Source: the human T2T-CHM13v2.0 reference genome, Homo sapiens
DNA length: 64,000 nt
NCBI RefSeq assembly: GCF_009914755.1
Contig: NC_060935.1
Direction: 5' to 3' (one strand)
This document shows, one piece after another, positions 27,990 to 46,075 of this stretch. Within the stretch, counting starts at the first letter, position 1, and each line of letters opens with the position of its first letter. Under the pieces are notes generated by a model. That model made no database searches, had not been told where the DNA came from, and saw nothing but the letters and a program-made list of their open reading frames with translations. Made by a program: the position numbers and the translations under genes.

Positions 27990-30060
27990 ATTTTTTTAAA
28001 TATATAAAATTAAAGTGATTAACATAAACATTTTATGAACATCCTACTCAAATCTAACTCAATCTAAGAGTTTGACATAGGTGTTGCCATCATTTTAAAG
28101 AAATAAAACATGAAAAATATTGTTAAATTCTTGCTTAGAATGTTCATTTTCCCATCATTTCTTGCACCCTGTCATTGATATGTATAACTGTTATGCAGAC
28201 TTTTCCAATTTTAAGGCATATGCACCTGCCGTGTTTGGTATGTTCATAAACTTTAAATAAGTTATAACAAATTGAATATATTATTGTGAATTTTTATTTT
28301 GTTTCTCAATATTATTAATTTATGATTCCCCTGATGATATACGTATGTCTGCTTCACTCATTTTTTTAACCATGACTATACAACAATAATAATACATACA
28401 TCCTATTGATGCATGCTGACTAGTCCCAATTTACTTCTTAGTGCAAACAATATGATGTGCATGTTTTCCTGTCTTCTATGCTGTGGAAGTTTCCCCAAGG
28501 TTCTATACCTACAAGTGGAAGAGACATAGGATATACACATTAGCTATCTAATAACCATCCTCCATCTTTCGGTATAACACTCTAACTTTTAATCCTTGTG
28601 GAAGTGTGCCCATTCAGAGACCACATTTCTTAGTCTGTTCTTTAGTTAAGAATGGCCAATTAAATGTGAATGGAGCTTTTTGGGTGTGATTTCTGTAAAA
28701 CAGCCAGAACAGCATAATGGTTGAGCAGATGGATGCTGGAGTGAGATGGCCTAGACTTTATTAAGCCTCTAAGACTTAATCAGCTGTTTGACCTGGAGGT
28801 TATTATTGCTTCCTTTACCTTACTTCTATCATGTGTAAAATAATAGTACAAGATCATAATATTTTGAAAGAATTTAATAAAATGATACATGAACAGCATT
28901 CATAGCAGTACCTGGCAAGCATACCTAAAATGTGAGATTTATTAATTTACTTCCTTGTCAACATTTTATGTTTCCAGACTTTTAATTTGTTCTGAAATAA
29001 TAGATGTGAAGTAATATTCCATTTGTTTTTAATATTCCCCCTGTGATTACTAGTGTGGTTAAACATTTTTTAAAAAAATTTATTCTCTACTTGGTTTACT
29101 TTTTTTGAGAATACATAATCACATTCTTTGTCCTTTTTAGGGGAGTTGTTTATCTTTTTATTATATATTTATATGCCTTATGTATATTTATGAAATTTAT
29201 GAAAGTTAGAAAGATGATTTCTAACTTTAATGTAATAGTGTTTTTAATAGTTCTTGCTCCTGTATATACATCTCCACTACATGTTCTTTAAAAAAAAGAT
29301 ATATATATATGTATCTATACATTTTAAAGTATATTTACCTTTTTTTAGGCATATAATTCCCTAGATTATTCTTTTATATGTGGATTGTGATATATATATA
29401 TATACACACACACACACAGTATATACATATAGTATATAGTAAATACACACACATATATAAATATATAATATATAAGCCTGTTTCTTAGAGTGCCATTTGT
29501 TCAATAGTTCAACTGTAACTGTGAATTTGTAATACTACTACTCTGTTATATATCTGATTTCAATATGGTGGGTTTGTTCCTGAACTTTCCATCCATATGG
29601 TCTATTTTTCTATTTTCACACCACTATTATGTTGGCTTAATTATTATAGATTTAAAATAAATCAATACGATTTTACAAAATAAGTACAGCAATCTTATTT
29701 CAAAGCTATTTTTATTTCCTAGACCTTTTATGTTTCCATGATATGTTAGAGTTACATTGTCATGTCTCAGAAAAAAAAATTATTTTGAAGATGGATTGAG
29801 ATACACTGAGTTTAAAGGTATATTTGGGAAAATACATTTTATTGTATTAGTTTTCCTATTTATGAACATGTATCTAACTTGTTCAGCTTCTCATTTTTAT
29901 CATTAAAATGTTTTACATAATTTTCTCTATAAAGATCTTGCATGTTTTATGTTAACTTTACTTCCAGATGCCGTAGACTTTTATGGCTATCAGACTGAAT
30001 ATCACATTGTAAAAGAAGCTGTTGCTGACTTGTAGAAAGTACATTTAAATTTTATGTAAA
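27990..30060 (-). mobile_element. Degraded L1ME-type fragments with an embedded + strand MIR (~28705-28930)
   Basis: T-rich antisense L1 3' motifs (GATTACTAGTG..GTTAAACATTTTT; TTCCTATTTATGAACATG). Confidence 0.55.
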
Positions 30061-31009
30061 TTTATTACAATAAATCAATAATTCGGTGCAAAATTGCTAA
30101 CCTGGGGCATTTTTTATCTTAAATGAAAAAATTATTATTATATATTATACATCAACTTAAAAAATCCCAAACTGATATAAAAAAGTAACTGAAAAACATG
30201 TAGAAAAATGACTATATGTGACTTAAATACACGTGTCTCAAAATAGATAATGATTAAAAACTACTCCCTGATTAACAATCAATATTTTGTTATGAAGTAG
30301 TTACTTTGTATAAAGTAAATTTTAAAATTCACATGCAATTTACAAAATGGTGCAATAAATAACACACAAAGCTAGGAACATTTATTTTCCAAACACAGAG
30401 CCAAAATTAATAATGGGAAATATATTCATTTCCTGAAATAAACTTATTCATCAAAGGAAGTAGTGACTTACGTTTTAAAGAATATTGAGAAAAGAGGAAG
30501 AAATGAGACTTGAAGGAATCCTTATTCACTGAGGAAGATGATGTAAAGTAAGGTAAATTAAGGGCAATTTCAGGCAAATGACAGGACTACGAGAAACTGA
30601 TATGGATTTTTAATAAATCATTTTGGAACTAATATAGAAATTATGTAGTAGAGAGGATTTTAGAGAAGGTAGTTAAGGCTCTCGAATAAAATTCTGTCTA
30701 TCTATCGATGTTCTTTTTATCTATTATTTAGCTATCTAATGAATCCCTATTTTAACTTTTACATAAACGTCTTTGAATAGTGCTATAAAAATATTAGACT
30801 ATTAGGCAAAATAAATAAATTTCATTCTACGTGATACATTCAAATACTACATCATAATGTTGTCAAAACCCAAAACTCTTAAAATTAGACATGTCCAGGG
30901 GACAAAGTCAAGACTTCATCATCTCTAATTGAGGAAAAAAAATTGTGGTGGTTATAATAATCAGGGGAGATTTGGAATGTAGCTTTGGTGGCGAGTCAAA
31001 AATTATTAT

Positions 31010-31295
31010 TGAATGGGGAAATGTCCAAAGAGTATGAAGTTTCAGTTAGATAAGATGTGTAAATTTTAGAGATATGTTGCACAGCATGAGAACTATAGTT
31101 AATTATAATGTATTGTACTTTTTAAATTGCGAAAAGAGTAGATTTTAAATGTTCTCACCATAAAAAAAAGTGATAAGTAGGTAGGTGATAGATCTCCTAA
31201 TCAGCTTGATTTGATCATTCCACAATATAAACATATATTAAAATATCACATCATACCACATATATTTCTGCATTATTTGTTAATTAAAATAGAAA
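31010..31295 (+). mobile_element. L1MA 3' UTR fragment
   Basis: GTTTCAGTTAGA..CAGCATG..ACTATAGTTAA..AGAGTAGATTTTAAATGTTCTCACCA. Confidence 0.85.
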
Positions 31296-31716
31296 ATTAG
31301 AAATATATATTCATTTTTACAATCCTAGAACTATTTATCGATGCTTTCATTAGCCAAGACTTTCTGTAAATGTGTGGATGCCACATTTTTACTAGTTTCC
31401 ATTTTTCCTAAATAGATGAATTATTTGATAATTTCAATTTCATTGTTACTTAATTGCCCTAGGAGGAAATGAAAGACAAGACAAAAATATACATCTGAAA
31501 TATTCAGAATGACCATATGAGTTTTTATATTTTACTAAAATGTAACCTTATAAATTTTTTATCCAAGTAACCTTTGTACATAATTTAAATCATTAAACAG
31601 TAAAAATTATCAGACTTATAATGGAAACAGCACAACCCTATATACCACCATTTCTCATCCCCAACACCATTTCCTCACACTATTTCTTTAATTTTTGAGG
31701 TTTAGATATTATATAT

Positions 31717-32094
31717 CATGATGGCTAATTTTATGTATCAACTTGGTTAGAATAAGGTACCAAACTATTTGGTTAAACATTATTCTAAATGTTTCTCGGC
31801 AGGTATGTGTTAAATGAGTTTAGCATTTAAATCCGTAGGCTTTCAATGAAGCACATTACCTTTCCTGTTACGGGAGGGCTTCATTCAGTCAGTTGAAGGC
31901 CTTTGTACAAAGAAAAAGACTGAGCCACCCAAGCAAGAAGAATTGCCTTTGGACTCGAATTGCAGTTCTTCCCTACGTCTCCAGCCTGATGGCCTAACCT
32001 GCAGATTTTGGACTTGCCAAGCCTCCAAAATCAGTAAACCCAACCTTAAAACATATCTATCATTCTGTTTATCTGGAGAACCATGACTAGTCCA
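31717..32094 (+). mobile_element. MLT2 (ERVL) solo LTR
   Basis: TGATGGCTAATTTTATGTATCAACTTGG...TCTGGAGAACCATGACTA. Confidence 0.88.
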
Positions 32095-32109
32095 TATATT
32101 GACTTCTAA

Positions 32110-32418
<309 letters not shown>

Positions 32419-35044
32419 CATTCTTTCCTTTCATAAACATTTCCTTTCCTCATCCTTGTAATATGATGACATCACAATTGTTATTTAAACCCTTATTTTT
32501 GGTGAATGCATTTTTGAGGACTACATAATTATTGTTCACAACCATACCATATAATGAACAATAAACATGATTTCATTTTTATACAATATTTTGTTTCTCC
32601 TAGTATTGATTTTTGTCATAGTTGTTTTGTTCGTTTTGTTTGCTTCCTTTTCTACATTTTCTATCAATGTCAGGAGACACTTTTCAATATGCGCTTATGT
32701 CACTGCCTCTGAAAAAATAAATGTAATTACTACTGACTCTCTCATCATTGCCAGAATGTTATGCACATTTTTTCTGCTTGTATGTATCTCTGGCTTACAA
32801 GTCTGGACTGGGTGCATCTGACTGGTTGAATCAAAGTTGTGTTTATATATTTAAAGTGCAAGTGGAGCTTGTAAGAAAAATATTCAGCTTTACAGCTAGC
32901 ATGAGTGGGACTCTGTTTCATAGGCCTAAAAATTTCCAAAATTATGGAAGAAGCTTTAATTTATGAGTGACCAAAACAAATTATCAATGGTAAATTCATT
33001 CTGATACTGTCTTCATGTTAGGAAAGTTCTTGGCCTTGATAACCAACTGCATTCATTCGCATTGCATGCATAGCAGCAGCATGATAAATGGAAATAATTT
33101 GGGAAATTAGATTTAAATCTCACCTCTAATGTTTATAAAGATTGATCTAGACTATTGCACATAATGAAAGACAGCTATTTCTAGTGAAAGTCAAAGTCTG
33201 GCTTTAATTTTCACTTACCAAGTTAACAAAGTTTTATAAATTATAAGTATTTTACAAACCTCAGAAAAATGTTAACAGCTCAAAAAAGTAGACCAGATAT
33301 CTTCTAAGAATATCTTGAAATTGTAAATTTTCAGCTTCATCTTCTATGTCAGTCATATATAGAAGGGGCAAATATATGGGGGAAATGAAGAGACATGAAT
33401 TAAAAGATTTATTTTTTGGTATCCAAAACTAAATGAATCTAATATAAGTTCCAAGTGAAACTATATTAGATTTCAACATGTGCGCTCATCCATAATGTAC
33501 CCACCTGTATTTGTTAAGACATCAGTGAATCTTAGATTTCTCAAAGAATCCCATATGTAAGTGAATAAATGAGACAGTTAAATGGTAGCAACCTTAATTT
33601 AGAAAGAGAAACTCCAGGAACCAACAAAATGTTTTGTTCTCTGAGGAACGAGAACATTTATTTTTAATGTATACTTCATAAATTTCAATTGTTTCAAACT
33701 TAATCATTTTCATGTGTGAAGGTGTTTTATTTTCTCATGATGCAAGTCGAAATAATTGCCTGCAAATCCAAAGGGAACATTTTAGCTCCATGTTTACCTG
33801 TCCATTAATTTTTTAAAATACATAATTTTAAGAAAATAGTATTGGTAGAAAATGATTCAAAGCTTAGAGAGGTGTTGCTTTACTTCAAGTTTCCTATTAG
33901 TTATTTTGAAAACCTGGATGTCAAATTAGAATGTTTCATTCATGTTTTGAATACAAGACTGAAGCAATTAAATATTGGGCAGAATCATATTTAGGAAGCT
34001 AATAAAAAAAGTAATTGTACACATACATACAACACTTTTCATTTGAAAAAATGTGTCATACTATTTTTAAAATATACATTAAGTATAAATGTCTTCAGGG
34101 AGAACAATCTCTTAATTGCTAACAAAAACTGCTGAAGTAGACTAATGCTTTCAGAGTGCATTCATTCATTCATCTAAGAAATATTTTGAATATCAATTAA
34201 ATGCTGTGTAAAATGCATGCACACTACTCTGCTTAATCTACTGTAATTCAATATTATACACAAACACATATACATTATAAATCACAAGTTTGCCTATCTT
34301 AGGTAAAATTTTGAATGGTTCCTGCTTTTTGCAAAAGAGAAATACTAATTATTTTTTTCTGAGAAGGAAAATGAGGTCTATAATCATCCATCACAGGTCT
34401 GGTGTACATTTATATTCAAATTGGGAAAAAGTTCTATGAACAGATAATATTTCATATACCTAGGATACAAGTTCAGACTGAAAAAAGTAGCATTCTGTGA
34501 TGATAATATGTTAAATTTGAAAGTGATGCAATTTGTATTGACAGCATCTGTTCCTTGTCCTGGCCCAGAGGGTGTCGAACTAGGTATAAATTACAAAACG
34601 CAAATTTTATTGCTTTCTTTCAAAGCTAAATTTTCACATTATACCTCAAAACATGAATACATTCTATAGATTTACACTTTCTTCCCCATCATCTCTTCAT
34701 TAATCCTCTTTGTACATGAAAAATATGCTTGACTCTGTAAGTGTATGTATTTTAAATTTCCATTTAGCAAAATTATGGAACAGAGGTGTATTTGTAATTC
34801 TGACAACAATGATCACAATGATAATAGTGATAAAGAAAATGATATTGATGATAATTATTATAATGTAATTTCTGACAGCAGTTCCGAATTCTTACTTGTG
34901 TCTACATTATTTATTGGAGAGAAGCTATAGAAAACCATTAGGATTATCAGGCAATTGTAGAGAATTGGTAAATCAGAGAAGTTACTATCATAAAGAAACT
35001 TCGTATCCATTCTTTTCATTGTCATCATTAATTTTTATACCCAA

Positions 35045-36170
<1,126 letters not shown>

Positions 36171-37179
36171 TACTTGGAAAGGAGTACACTTACTCTATAA
36201 CAAGTTATAAATTAAAAAATTATATAACTTTATGCCTGGGATTTTTCATGGCCAGCTGCTAAGTTTAATAAGAAAGTTTGAGAGATAAAGTAACTTTTAT
36301 AATTACTGACAATTGATTTAAAACAACCAAAACTTACATTAATTCCAAATATGTTGTTTTCATGATATATTGACATATGTTTATTAGATATTCTATCCAA
36401 ACTAGCTAAAATGTTTGCGCTCTTTGATCATTTGTGTCATATTTTACTTTCGATGTTTCTTCACATAGTTTCTTATGGCCCGCCACTTCTTGCCTCTCCA
36501 TCCACTGCGCAAAAAGGTGATGTCTTAACACTCTCAATGTCAATGCAATTTGTGTAGGTTCTACTTGCACACTTCCAATATGTGATAACTTATTCAAAAA
36601 ACAGACTAATTTTTTCTAACACACTGCAAATTTTGTGGGCGTAGCAGTAATAATTTGATGTTTTCCTTTCACTGATTCTGACTTGATGTCTTGATGTCAT
36701 AAGTAGTTAAAGATAATGCTTTAAAAATTGTTAATATTCTTTACCAATACATTACTTTATATTATTGTATATTTCTGAAAGCATTACCTCCTACATAAAA
36801 CATTGCCTTATTGAACAATATCAAAAAAGAAGTGACCAGTTTTACCTAGTACAAAAGTTTACCAGGCTAAGTTTGGAAATCCTAGAGAGGAGAGAGGAAA
36901 TGAATTCGGGACATATATTCCTCCTATTTAGGAGAAATAGAATTTTTAGTTTTAATAAAACCATTTGGGGTCAGAAAGGTTTGTCAAGGTAGGCATATAT
37001 ATTTTTAACCATTTTGTAATTGTAAGAGAATCATAATACAGCCATAAAATTCAGTTATTCTAAAAGCCAACATAGTTTTTTTTATAAATGTGAATCAAGC
37101 AATATTGTTCTACTTAAAACTCTTCAATAAATTATCATTACACATAGATTAAAATACACATTTGTTACTACACATAATA

Positions 37180-37632
37180 TGATCCTACACGATGAAGCTC
37201 CTGTCTCATTCCTTACTACTCTCCCCACAATACTATGCTTAAGCTGCCAGGTCTTAAATATGTCAAGTTCATCTCTGCTTTGAGACCTTGGCACTTGCTC
37301 TTCCCCTCTCTGAACTGTTCTTCCCACAGAGCCTCATAGGTCTGAATTCTTATCACTTACACCTAAGCTGAAATATGAGCTGCCTTCCATGAGCCTTCCA
37401 TGAGCACTTCCAGTCACCCTTTATCACATTACACTGTTATATATTGTTCCTAGGACTTCTCATTATTTAAAATTATCATATTTATGTATTTGCTTATTAT
37501 CTGTCTTCTTCCATAAATAGATGTTCCCTAAAAACAGACAATGTATCTATCTGGTTAACTATTTTACTTCCAGAGTTACCTGTCCTCTAGCAATACTCAA
37601 TAAATATTTGTTAGATAAGAAAACGAGTGAAC
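37180..37632 (+). mobile_element. L2 3' end
   Basis: CCTTGGCACTTGCTCTTCCCCTC..CTCAATAAATATTTGTT..GAGTGAA. Confidence 0.8.
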
Positions 37633-38142
37633 AAGTAACTAAATAAATCACACCATTCTAAGGTCTCCTCTGTACCACTACTTCAATGCAGTTGCAGCCA
37701 CACATGATTACAGATCTTTTCATTAACAAAATTCACAATGCTTATTTACTTTTCAGTTTATGATTAAATATGTTCAGAAATAAATATACAGAATTTTATG
37801 GCATTATCTGATAAATAAAACAAAGAGATTCAAATAACTATTTTTATCTGATGGGAGTAAAATTTATATCAATATATTTCAGACAAATCTAATTATTTAG
37901 TAATCCATGCCTTCACAGAACTATAAAGGGCAGCTATTTTTCAAAAAGTATGTTAGTTTGGATATTACTAAGTGTAAAAGAAGAAAGATTGAGAGGGTAA
38001 AACATTAAGAAAACACTTCAGGTTACCTGCTATACTAGATTAAATTAATATTCAAGCTGTGATTGATCACGATTGTTTGAAAATAAAATGGTGACTTAAA
38101 ATTTTCCTAAGTGTCAAATTAATTGTGATATTTTATTTATCC

Positions 38143-38846
38143 TGTTATAGGTAGATAGACAGACATGAGTGGAGCAAGAGAGGGCTCTCCCCTCACCACC
38201 CACTAGAAATGTTGGGTGGTGGATTCCACAATTTATTGCGTTGCCTCTCCAAAAGTGATAAACTGGCTGTGGCGCCAGAAAGAGGCCATTTCCTGATGGT
38301 CCACACCTGTTAACATCAAAAAATTAATTGAATGTAGGCCTCAGGCAGAAGCAACATCCTCGGCATCCACATTAAGAGACAAAAATGATGAAGTATGATC
38401 TTCCAGGTACACGCCTCTGGAAAAGGGAAGAAAGCCCTCAGATGGGCCTGCCTGTAACTCCCTACACACACTGCCATGCTCAATTCCAAAGGATGAGGAA
38501 CACACTGCGCATGTGGGAAGCCCACCCTAAGGAGGGAAGAGTCGCGGGAAAGAGGCAAGCCTGTAAAAGTCTTAGGATCACGGATAAACGGACACTTGAC
38601 CAGCTCTCAGTTTAACCTTCAGGTGCCCTCTTGGATCCCTTCCAAGTGAACTTTCCTTTCTTCCTGTTCTAAAGCCTTTTAAGTAAACTTCCACTCCTGC
38701 CCTGGAATTTGCCTGATCTCTTTTTCGGCTTTATGCCCCTCGGTTGAATTCTTTCTTCTGAGGACGCAAGGGCTGAAGTTGCTGCAGATGCCTATGGATT
38801 CCCTGCTGGTAACTCAGGATAATTTAGATCTCTTCCACTGCTAATA
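38143..38846 (+). mobile_element. MER50-family ERV1 solo LTR
   Basis: TGTTATAGGTAG..GAGAGGGCTCTCCCC..GGCCATTTCCTGATGGTCCACACCTG; perfect 4-bp TSD ATCC. Confidence 0.88.
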
Positions 38847-38959
38847 ATCCTATTCACATTAACCGGAGGGCCAAATGGATCCAGTGGATCCCTAGCCAGA
38901 CAATCAGTCAGCAGACACCCACTGAGTAATCATTATACAATGTGTTTCGTTAACATGAG

Positions 38960-39175
38960 AAAAGCAAATGTTTACATATGTGCCAGTTAGGGTTCTAAGA
39001 ATTTCGCATATATTAACAAATGTAATCTTCATGATAACCCTTCACAATAACTGTAACTATCCTTATTAACAGACAAGGCGAAGTGACCTGCCCAAGATAA
39101 AACTCATCAGAGCTGGGATTTGAACTTAGGCAGTCTGACTACAGCTTTACACTCTTGACCACTGTACTATCCCAC
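38960..39175 (-). mobile_element. MIR
   Basis: AAGTGACCTGCCCAAG..GCTGGGATTTGAAC..GGCAGTCTGACT. Confidence 0.85.
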
Positions 39176-39904
39176 TTCTCACTCAATCCTCTTTTTTCTG
39201 AAAATCAAAATAAATAGCTGAAGAATAAAGTCAGATGTGACTGAGAGAGCTGGAGACTTTTAAAGTCATATCCGGAAAGTCAGAACACTGGGAAATACAG
39301 AAATAAGAGTAATTATGTACACTTTTAAATGATTCAAAGAAATTTAATTGAATTTCGAAGAGATAGATTTTTGGCTGTTGTCTCTCCAACTAATTTTGCC
39401 CAGCATTATTTGAACTTGTAGACAGATTTGTCAAGTTCTACAAAAGACAGCAAATAACTTTCGGATAACAAGTAAACTTTGCTGTATTTTTTTAGGCAAG
39501 TTCATCATGCATGAATTTCACATCCTCTTTTAAAAAAGTACTGCAGTGTAAACACATTTATGAAATGTCTACTGCTAAAGAAATCATGTAGCCTAGTTTA
39601 CATGGTTTTACACATATTTACACATTAATTGGACATTATAAAAACCCTACTTTTATTAAAAATGAATTTAAAATTCTACAGTGACATGTGAAAACAAAAT
39701 AAAGATATGGGTACCAGTCCCAGCAATATTACCATTTGTGAATTAAACTTTTACCAAAATGCTTAGTTTCCTTAGAAACTATTTTTCTAATTTTATGATG
39801 AGGTATGGTACACTGCCACTGCTTTCATCTGCTCAGTATCATGTTCTCTGGGGAATTTTCCAAGTTTATTCTTTTTAATTCTGGTAGTTCTTATACTCAT
39901 GAGT

Positions 39905-39906
<2 letters not shown>

Positions 39907-39970
<64 letters not shown>

Positions 39971-40027
39971 GTCTCTGTCTCTCTCTCTCTGTCTGTCTTT
40001 CTGTCTCTCCCCCCTCTTCTCTCTCTC
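39907..40027. repeat. (CT)n polypyrimidine microsatellite
   Basis: Direct observation. Confidence 0.98.
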
Positions 40028-40266
40028 CTGGAAATGTTAATCTTTAGGAATTTATCCAGTGCCAGAAAGCAGGCAGCTGGTGATGAGTATTTTGTAGCAT
40101 GTAGAATAAGGTACACTAGTCTCTGCTACTAAGATTCCTGAAGCAGTTGTGTGTCCTGTCTTTTCCAAACATGACTGGACAATTTCTCCAGCACTGTAAT
40201 TTACCCTCTATCTTCTAAAAGTCGACATATTTATGCTGGTATCAATCAGAATTTCTTTAAACCTTC

Positions 40267-40622
40267 TTATATGGTTTGGCTGTCTCCCCACCCAAATCTC
40301 ACCTTGAATTGTAATAATCCCTATGCGTCAAGGGTGGGGACAGGTGGAGGTAATTGAATTATGGGAGCAATTTACACCATCCTATTTTGGTGGTAGTGAA
40401 TAAGCCTCACAAGATTTGATGGTTTTATAAGTGGGAGTTCCCTGGCACAAGCTCTCTTGCCTGCCACCATGCAAAACATGCCTTTGCTTCTCCTTTGCCC
40501 TCCACCATGATTGTGAGGCCTCCCTAACCGTGTGGAACTGTGAGTCCATTAAACCTCTTTCCTTTATAAATTACCAAGTCTTGGGTATGTCTTTATTAGT
40601 AGTGTGAGAACAGATTAATACA
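40267..40622 (+). mobile_element. THE1 (C/D-like) MaLR solo LTR
   Basis: ATATGGTTTGGCTGT..CCCACCCAAATCTC...TAATACA; perfect TSD CCTTC. Confidence 0.95.
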
Positions 40623-41978
40623 CCTTCCATCTTCTTTAATTAATTAATGACAGAGGTAAATTAGAAGAAGTGCTTTGTTAATTACAAGACTCCCAATGAT
40701 TTTACAGTAGCTTATTTACCTTGGGCAAACTATAAGGAAAACAGAAAACTTAGATGTACATTTTATGAAAATATAAATATAAATGCCTTAATTATCAGAC
40801 TAAGGATATATTTCATTCACAACTATGAGATTTTGAGTATTTATAATGTTGAAAATAAATTTGCTAAAAGCCTTGGTTCTCAATAACTAGCTCTACAACA
40901 CTGAAAAAGGTAAGATTTTTGTATGTCTTTTTTCTTATACCTCAAAAAACTTCAGTTTTCCACTTTTTATCTCACTGGCAGTGGTGATAATAAAATGTGA
41001 ATTTCTTGAAATTGTGCAAAACACTATACAAGTAAGGTAAAAGCAATGCTGTTGCTCTTATTTTATTGTAATTATGTTCCCGTGTCACTCTCTAGATATT
41101 AAATGCCCAGGATGAAGGCAGTAAGCTAAAATTGTGGTATTTGAAGTTTTTGCTAAGACAAATTTCATAAAAGAATTAGAGAAAAAACTTTTTTGAATGA
41201 TTTATAAAGCCCAGGTAATAAGACATATTTTTCTAAACAAAGATTGTGTTTTCTTTATATGAAAATATCAACAGTGTCTAGCACAGTACTAGGCATGTAG
41301 TGCTAAGTACTATAAGTAAAGTTTTGCTCCCTGGCACATCCAAAATCTAACTTTAAAATGATTCCTTGTGTTATATATTTGTTGATATGTGTTAATTGCC
41401 TCTGATATATTAATAAAGTACTTACCTAGGAGCTTTGAACGCTTCCTGTTGCTACATTTTGATTTGCCACTCATTTGCCAATCTCTCTTGGTTTGCTTTT
41501 ATTTTTGAAATGCAGGTTTTTCTTAGTTTTTCTAAGTATAGGTAGTTATAAAAGAGCATTGTGGGTTTCTATTTTTCATATGTGAGTTAACACCATTACA
41601 TGCTGCCATGAAAGTGGGTGAGCCACCATTAATCATAGAATCATGCTGCTGGAAGGAAACTCCAAAGGTCAGATAGTTAATCCTCTTGACTCCACGTAGG
41701 CTGCCTTGAAATTAACCTAGACAAATAGGTGTCTGTCTAAGCACTTAAAGGTTGAATGGCACCATGAATGTATAAACAATCATAGCCAAGTGGAGTATGA
41801 GCTGATCATTTAGATAATTCAAGCAGCATATCTTCACATTGGTTCAATCCCCTAAATATATCAATATTTCCATTTGAACAGTGGTGTAGTTTATCAGGAG
41901 AAGGTGACTGGACCATCAGAAAAATTATCTTAGAATATTTTGTTGAGAATGAAAGAAGAAACTACATATAAAGTGCCT

Positions 41979-44617
<2,639 letters not shown>

Positions 44618-46075
44618 TGCCAATATAATTCTGGACATATATTGGGTAATCAATAAGCATCAGTTGTTGTCCCCATCTTCCAGATGACATAGCATTACTC
44701 CTTTTGTACAAGGAATGTATTTATTATATAATCATTTATAAAATAAAATGAATTTTACCCTCTCAGTTTACTTATTATAGTGATTAGAATTTCATTTTTA
44801 AGTTTCTTTTTTTCAAAATAAAGGCACCATCTTCAATGACAAAAGATTTTGGGAGATCAAGTAGTATGATGATAACAAAGACAATGCTGGATTTTACAAT
44901 TGCAAAATGTTATTGATACACATCTTTTTATATGGCTTAGAACCCTCTTCCTTAGTTTGAGGACTAAAGGAGGATGAGATATAGTAGAATCATGAATAAG
45001 AACTTTTCAAGCTTAGGTGCTTAAAATAATATGGGATGTGGGGGAGAGAGATTGTTATGAGGGAGGTCTCTTTCTACTGTCTTAACTTTACGTATATGCA
45101 AGGAATTTAAATTTAACAATCTAAAACTTTATATGTGCTTCCCACTCTCTCTTTTTTCAGCCTTTGATTACTTGTTCCAGCCAATAAAGATATATGCAGT
45201 GTAGGTGAGATGAAGTCATCATCTATATTTTGTATAAGTGCAGGTAACACATGCAGATTAGATGGAATTTTAAACTAATACCATATGGTCTGATTGTTTA
45301 CTTTTTTTTTTATAAGAGGGGAAATGTTTTATTTTTCTAAGAGTTTCCTTAGAGTATAGGACAAGGAATTTCTGGATGAGTACATTCAGGCATATTGACA
45401 TCTTGATCCTTTGGTGTGAGGCTTCAGGGAATGAGTCTAAAAGGCCCTGGAAGCACCAATGGTTGGTAAACTTGAGCTGACATATTGACTGTGACAAAAG
45501 AAGCACTACGCACAGTGTTACCAGTTGTGGGAGTAACTGCTTCTGGAAGGGTGGTCTCTACTGGAAAATAACTGGGTGGTGATAGGAGGCACTTTTATCT
45601 GTATGAGTTTCAGAAGCATTTCAGAAAATATTTTCAAAGTTCTTTGTGTTGGCAATAGTGAGAAAAACGACATGAAAATGTGTTTTCAAGAATGACAGTG
45701 GAGATTCCTCTGGTCACCAAAAGCTTCACAAGGAGCGATGAAGAGAGTTGTGTATTCTTGTCTTTTACCCCAATTGCTTCACTCAGTCAGCACAATAGTG
45801 TTCATAGAGTGAACAGGAAAAGGAAGGCAGTAAAAGACATCTTAACATAGGGACAAGGGTAGTGTTAGGTGCCAATGAAAGTCCTCAGTGAATCCAATTC
45901 ATGTGCATAGATCAGAAGAGGCTTAGAAAGATTGTAACAGTGAATTATAGGTGATAGAAAAGCAAAGACTGGGAGGACATTCCTGTAGACTTAGGGTAAG
46001 ACAAAAAATGAAGCTTAGTTACATTATTAGAGGGAAAGTAAAAGTTTCATACACTAGTCTCCGTGTTTATGTAAG

